Part shown: in pieces, positions 57,927 through 64,000 of the stretch | Numbering within the stretch: the stretch's first letter is position 1 | How the letters are laid out: every line of letters begins with the position of its first letter | NCBI GenBank assembly: GCA_000004695.1 | Contig: CM000153.2 | Location: forward strand, 5,152,001 to 5,216,000 | Length of the DNA: 64,000 nucleotides | Source: Dictyostelium discoideum | Lineage: Eukaryota | Direction of reading: 5' to 3' | The notes under the pieces: generated by a model | Database searches by the model: none | Seen by the model: the letters and a program-made list of their open reading frames with translations, nothing else | What the model was told of the DNA's origin: nothing | Program-made: the position numbers and the translations under genes

Positions 57927-60900
57927 TTATAAAGTAAAAGATGGATTTGAAATACAATCTACAACTAAAATAGGTGGATAATTTTCATCTTTGATTATTA
58001 AATTTTGAGGAGGTGGTGAAGAAATACCAATAAATTTAATAGTTTTACCAATAAGATTATTTAATTGATTTTCATAATCTTGAGCATTTTCATATCCGAA
58101 TGGAAATGTAAAAATATTTTTACAATTATTACTTCCGATCTAAAAAAAAAAAAAAAAAAAAAAAAATTGAATTAGTAAATCTATTTTTAGAAAATAAATA
58201 ATTTTAAATATATATATATATATGTAAATATAATTTACCTTTAAATATATTATAGAATTTGTTAAATTTGATTCAGTATCAATTAATTGAATTATTAAAT
58301 TTAATTCAATTAAAATTGTACTTTCAACAATTGATCTACATTTTGTACAAAAGAAATGTTCATCTTCATCTAAACCATCAATATTTGAGAGTAGATATTC
58401 ATTTGGAAATTGGATGACTGGAGTTTGACATTTATAACAACCACGATAAATAAATTCATTACTATTATTCTCAATGATTTTACCATTGAAACCAGATAAA
58501 AATTGATATTGATAATAGAGTTTAAATGGTGACTCATTTTGAACTTCCACATTTATTATTGGATCGAAATTAATTAAATGATTTTTTAAAATTTCACCAT
58601 CACCACCAATATTTTCATCTTGAATCTTTTCTTTTTGAAATATTTGAATTTGTTGTAAATTATTATTGTTATTATTACTATTGTTATTGTTATTGTTAAT
58701 ATTATTATTATTATCGATATTAGTTTTAATTTCATGATCAATCATTGAAAATTCATCAGCCAATAAAAGAGTTGTAAATTCAATATTTGGTAATTGAATT
58801 GTACAATGTTGAATTGTAATAAAATCACCAATATTTAATTTTCCAAAAAGGTGACTTTGATTTTCAATTTTAATACCAATACAATGTTGACGTTGTTGTT
58901 GTTGTTGTTCAAATGATTTTGAATCATCAATTAAGAATAATGTAAATTGTTGATCATTATTTCTTTTAATAAATGATATCATACCTTTAACAGAAAATCT
59001 TTGATAAAAATAAGTATCATTTTCAAAAGTTGGAATAGTTTCATTCAATATGGTAAATGCTTCTAAAACTGTACAAGGTATGATTGGTTTATAGGATTGA
59101 ATGAATAAATTATTTGGAGATGATTTAATAAAGAATTGACTCTCAGAAGAAACTCTAAATATACTAATATTGATTTGTTGTTGTTGTTGTTGTTTCTGTT
59201 GTTGTTGAAATTGATTTGGTATATAATGATTTAAAAAAGAACCAAAATTACTTGACCTACTCTTATTCTTATTACCAATGAAAAGAAGATTTGTGAAAAG
59301 AACCTCTTTGAATATGTTTTCTCTCTCTAAAATTAGTTTCCATTCTTCATAGTATTTCAATGGTACTTGAATCTCTGCAACTGATCCATTTAAATTTGCA
59401 ACATAAATTGAAATACAATTTGTTTTTTCTAATTGACTCTTATAAAAACATTGAAATAAAATAACATGTATATTTATATGTACAGAGTTTTGGGTTATAT
59501 TCTCTAATTCTAAAATTTCACTATTCTCAATAACATTTAAAATTTGATCATCTGTTTTATTGGTTGATAATAAAGAATTATTTGTTGTGGATAAAAACTG
59601 ATCACTTTTTTGTTTTTGAATTGACTTTAATAAATCTACTTGTGGATTTGATATTTGAATAGTTTCAAAGCTATCAATAACTTGATCAATATTATCAGTT
59701 GTAGAAGTTGAATTGGTGGTAGTAGTAGTAGAGGTTGTACCACTTTTATCTAAATGAGATATATGAGAGAAAATAATATTTGTATCATCGTATTGAATAT
59801 TTTGCCAATATTCTACAACTACTTGACTGCCAATTGTTAATTTTAACTCTGTTTTTGCTAACATTTGAAAAACAACTGTAATTATTTTAGTTTTACCTTG
59901 ATCTGGATTAATAATATATTGATTATTTGAATCTATACCAATACTATTATCTAAATTATTATTATTATTATTATCATTTAAAATTAAGAATTGATTTGGA
60001 TCTAACCAATTTGAACATTTACAAATTGTAACATAAACATGAGGTTGAAGTAATGAGGGTATTTGAATGATTGTAACATTTAGATCACGTTTATAATGTG
60101 AAGGTACACCAGAAGGTACTAATAATCTTGTTTGAACTAAATTATTCTTTCTTGAAACCAATTCATAGTTATGTTTTTGTTTACTTAATACCTTTACCAA
60201 TTTTTCAGCTAAACCACCTCTTTCAAATTTAAAATTAATTTTCAATTGTTTCATTGGTGTTGTTTGATTACCTACACCATTATTTGAATTACTGCCACCA
60301 CTACCACCACTACTACCACTACTACTTCCTCCTCCTCCACTACTACCACTAGTTTTTATAATTGAATCAGATAATTCACCCAACCATTTATTCTTTGATT
60401 TTGAATTTGTTTGGAATTGACCATCCTTTCCTGTAAATGTACTTGTATTTGATGATTGTATGTTATTTTGATCATTAGCATCATTAAAAATTAAATCATT
60501 ATTATCAGTATCACCATATCTATTATTATCATTATCATCATCGTCAACCATTATATCATCCATAATTTTTCTTGGTAATTTAAATATATTATTATTTACA
60601 CTATTTGGTTTTTTAAATAGTTGTTCATCTGAACTAGTTTGTAAATTGGTAATAGTATTGGTATCTTCAATATCATCCTCTTCATTAACATATATATATC
60701 TTTTTGAATTTGGTGATCTCTTTATTCTATCTTTAAATGATGGTGGAGGTGGTGAAAGTGATTGTTCTTCTTGTTCTTCTTGTTCTTGTCTTTGTTGTTG
60801 TTGTTGTTGTTGTTGACTATTATTACCATTGTCCTCAATATCCTCAACACTATCACTTCTAAAAACATCAGTTGTATCAATTGGTACCATTTTTTTAATA

Positions 60901-60943
60901 TTAAAATTATTAAAATTATTATTATTATTATTATTATTTTTAC

Positions 60944-60986
<43 letters not shown>

Positions 60987-61040
60987 TGCAACAGAATCCA
61001 AAACATCTTCAATTGGTTCTTCATTTTGGTTTCCGCCCAT
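57927..61040 (-). CDS. Large Asn/Gln-rich protein with OB-fold-like segments and a C-terminal C-x2-C...C-x2-C zinc ribbon, possibly an RPA70-like or ssDNA-binding relative. Exons on the minus strand: 61040..58239 and 58139..57927. It may continue upstream across the gap at 61075-61174.
   Basis: ORF MGGNQNEEPIEDV... The zinc ribbon is YRGCYKCQTPVIQFPNEYLLSNIDGLDEDEHFFCTKCRSIVES. GTAAAT donor after ...NSIIYLK, then TTTTTTAG acceptor. The last exon ends IGSNNCKNIFTFPFGYENAQDY...NPSFTL*. The OB/RPA comparison is a weak impression. Confidence 0.45.
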
Positions 61041-61074
61041 TATATTGTTATCATCTTCATTAAATTGATTGTTT

Positions 61075-61174
61075 NNNNNNNNNNNNNNNNNNNNNNNNNN
61101 NNNNNNNNNNNNNNNNNNNNNNNNNNNNNNNNNNNNNNNNNNNNNNNNNNNNNNNNNNNNNNNNNNNNNNNNNN
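61075..61174. other. Assembly gap (100 N) lying 35 nt upstream of the MGGNQ start and inside a longer open frame.
   Basis: Exactly 100 N. Poly-Asn coding (AAT/ATT repeats) on both sides. Confidence 0.95.
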
Positions 61175-62563
61175 ATTGTTGTTGTTGTTGTTCGAGTAAT
61201 ATTGAGAAGAATCTCTCAACATTGCACCAAAGTGCTTTTTATCTTCTTTAAAACTATCTGATCTCTTTGAAAAATTAAATACATTATCATTATATGGGTT
61301 TGATTGATTATTTACAATTAATATTTGTTTTTCTTTTTGTTTGTTTGTTTGATTTTGTTTATTCTGTGCTGGCTTCTGATGATTATCTATTATAATAGGA
61401 CTATCAATGGTATTGACATCATTATTTTTGTTATTATTTAAGTAATATCTATTTGCATCTTGAGTTGGTGTTAATGAAATACTAGATTGGGTCGGGTTTA
61501 TATAATCATCATAACTACTACTAATATAATTATTATTTTTATTATAGCCATTATCATTATTATTACTATAATTATTGGTTTGCATAATACCAATTGGTCT
61601 TTTGTTATTTTGTTGCTGTTGACTATGTTGTTGCTGTTGACTATGTTGTTGCTGTTGATTATTTCGTTGTTGTTGTTGAATGGATCTATTAAAATTGTTG
61701 ATATTATTATTTGATTCATTGAATATATCATCATCTTCGAATACTAAACCTTTAGCTTGAGGAAAAGCTTTCTTTGGGGTATCTAAATAATAATAGGTCA
61801 GTATTGAGGAAACAAAAGTTTTAAAAAAAAAAAAAAAAAACCTACATTTTGATTTTATTGGAGACTGATTGCTGTTTAAAGATTGTTTAAATGGTGAGGT
61901 TAATTTTGATTTAAAATCTTGAAATGTTGCACCACTACCACCATTAAAACTACTAGAAGAATGATTATCATTCAATATATTTTGATTAAATTGTTGTTTT
62001 TCATATTGATCCCATTGAAATGAATCGATATCTTTTTTATTATAATCAGTTTTTAAAGGTGATTTAAATATATTACTACCTCCTCCTCCTACAATATGTT
62101 TAGGTTGTTGGGGTGATTGTTGTTGTTGTAGTGGTTGTAGTGGTTGTAGTGGTTGTATTGGTTGTATTGGTTTTGGTTTTATTTTTGACCAATAATTATC
62201 ATTAAAACTACTACTAGTTGTATTGTTATCACCAATTTGATTATCAGATTCAATTGATTCATCAGAGGTATTGACATTTCCTCCTCTCATTTCATCATCT
62301 TCACCATTTTTAAAATTTTCAAATGAATTATTATTATTTATTTTATTTTTATTGATATATGATAAATTACTTATTTTTATTTTTTGGTTATTATTATTAC
62401 TATTATTATTATTATTGCTTTTATTGTTTTTATTAACAGATTGTTGTTGTGAATCACTTATTTCATAATCTAAATCTCTATAATTTGCATCAAAGTTTGG
62501 TAAATCAAAGTCTTGATTTTGATTATTATTATTAAAATATTTCTTTTTATCACTGTTCATCAT
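61175..62563 (-). CDS. Asn/Gln-rich low-complexity coding region (MMNSDKKKYFNNNNQNQDFDLPNFDANYRDLDYEISDSQQQ...). It is most likely the N-terminal part of the same gene as 57927..61040. The gap prevents checking the frame join.
   Basis: The open frame runs from 62563 into the gap. The downstream ORF start overlaps its apparent stop only because the gap length is arbitrary. (CAACCACTA)n-type repeats encode PLQPLQPIQ. Confidence 0.35.
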
Positions 62564-63180
62564 TAAAATTAAAAATTAAAAAATAAAAAAAAATAAAAAA
62601 TAAAAAATAAAAAAAAAAAATTGTAAATGAAAAAAATTAAAAAAAATTTCAAAGAAATATCAAAATTCTTTTTTTTATGAGAATTAATGATAATTTTTAT
62701 AATTATTTTTTTTAATAAAATTTTTAATTAATAAATTCATATTTCTTTTTTATTTATTTTATAATCAAATATAGATCTTAGAAGAGTTTTAAAATAGATC
62801 TATTAAATTTCATATTATAATTATTTTAATTTTATTTTTTTATTTTTAATTTTTTTAATTTTTTTTTTTATAATTTTTTGTTTTTTATTTTATTTTTTAT
62901 TTTTTATTTTTTTTATTTTTAATTTTAATTTTTTTCCTTTTTTTTTTTTTCTAAATTAAAATTTGGAAATTTCTAAATTGAGTAATTTTTTTATTTTATT
63001 TATTTTTATTTTATTTTATTTTTTTTTTTTAAAAATGTTTTACAAATTTAAAGTTTTATTTTTTTTTTTTTATATTTTTTTTTCCTTAAAGTGTAAATAA
63101 TAAATAAATATCCTAGTCCAAAAAAAAAAACAAAAAATAAAAAAAATAAAATAATAAATAAATAAATAAATAAATAGAAA

Positions 63181-63926
63181 ATGGCATTCAATTTATTATC
63201 AAATATTACAGTAGATGAATTAAGAAATTCACCAAAATCTAAAGATATGATTACTGTTAGAAATACAGATTCAATTCCAACAGTATTTAAAGTAGGTTTT
63301 TTTTTTTTGTTTTTATTATCTTTTTTTTTTCATTCCTAAAAAAAAAAAAAAAATACTAACTTCATTTTTTTTTTTTTTTTTATAATATTATTAGACATTA
63401 TCAAAGAATGGAATTTTATCAGTGCCAGTATTAAATGAACAAAATAGACCAATTGGACTTGTAGATTATGTTGATATTGTTAATTGTGTTGTTCAAATTA
63501 TAAATCATACAGATTTATTAGGTAATGATTATTATTCATTCTTGGAAAGGGAAGATTTATTCAATCACACATATGCATCCTATGTAACGGATCTATCACA
63601 ACGTAATCCTTTCATACCAGTTGTAAAAGGTGCATCATTATTAGAAGCAATCACTGTTATGACCAAGAATCAAATTAATAGAGTACCAGTAATTGAAAAC
63701 AATGTTAATGGTGAAGGTGCTCAAATCGTTAATCTAATCACTCAATCTGCCATCCTCTCTTATCTTGGAAAAAACATTGAACAACTTGGTAAATGGTCTT
63801 TAAAATCAATTAAAGATTTAGGTTTTAAAGAAAAAAAAGTAATTTCAATTGATTTCAATAAAAGAGCTTTAGAAGCTTTTGAATTAATGGCAAATAATGT
63901 AAGTTTTTTAATAATTATAATTATAT

Positions 63927-63957
<31 letters not shown>

Positions 63958-63999
63958 GTATTAAGTAATAATAATAATTTTTTTTTTTTTTTTTTTTTT
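63181..63999 (+). CDS. CBS-domain protein (AMPK-gamma/Sds23-like architecture), 3'-partial. Exons 63181..63291 and 63395..63898, then a GTAAGT intron running off the window.
   Basis: MAFNLLSNITVDELRNSPKSKDMITVRNTDSIPTVFK|TLSKNGILSVPVLNEQNRPIGLVDYVDIVNCVV... and ...ITVMTKNQINRVPVIENNVNGEGAQIVNLITQSAILSYL are two CBS-like beta-alpha-beta-beta-alpha units. GTAGGT donor at 63292 and TTATTAG acceptor at 63394. Confidence 0.55.
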
Positions 64000-64000
64000 A

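Noticed and set aside
60722-61734. ORFs 60722..61024 (-), 60762..61199 (+), 60829..61068 (+), 61487..61714 (+) and 61498..61734 (-).
   Set aside because: Alternative frames of poly-Asn and poly-Gln coding repeats and the N-gap, nested in the large minus-strand gene.

Overview
This window reads as Dictyostelium discoideum-type nuclear DNA. It is extremely AT-rich, with long poly(A)/poly(T) tracts and (ATT)n microsatellites. Coding regions carry poly-Asn/poly-Gln tracts and strong AAT/CAA/GGT codon bias, and introns are short, AT-rich and GTAAGT...AG-like. It is a eukaryotic accessory region, not a prokaryotic locus, so no CRISPR arrays, operons or defence islands are expected or seen. I recognise about 30 protein-coding genes, many with introns, and give exon coordinates worked out by hand in the evidence fields. 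Recognisable products include an MFS/nodulin-like transporter, a giant beta-helix glycoprotein with a multipass C-terminus, and an EGF-like type I membrane protein. Others are a MINPP-like histidine acid phosphatase, a long coiled-coil protein, a RING/B-box protein, a LisH-CTLH protein, two tandem LIM-domain TKL kinases and an SLC35F-like transporter. Also present are eIF3m, an Arp6-like actin-related protein, an EF-hand mitochondrial carrier, CHMP6/Vps20, prolyl aminopeptidase, a TM2-domain protein, a HAD hydrolase and a CBS-domain protein. The most interesting locus is a tRNA-Leu(UAA) gene at 16273-16355 with retroelement insertions on both sides. Upstream, a composite tandem array of a TRE5-like non-LTR retroelement sits between copies of a 19-bp target-site duplication, with its insertion point about 46 bp from the tRNA. 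The array carries a 444-aa ORF1-like gene and poly(A)-terminated head-to-tail partial copies across an assembly gap. Downstream, a ~254-bp poly(A)-terminated insertion is flanked by a 16-bp duplication that contains an external-B-box-like motif about 45 bp past the tRNA, which fits a TRE3-type element. Other points of note are a probable 10-nt microexon in the mitochondrial carrier gene, gene-conversion-like identity between the kinase exons of the two LIM-kinase paralogs, a slightly GC-richer small gene with a bacterial-type motif that may be a horizontal transfer, a ~33-nt coding-like minisatellite, and four 100-N scaffold gaps that all sit in repeats. Every coordinate, product call and family assignment was made by eye from the sequence, with no database search, so treat them as hypotheses.
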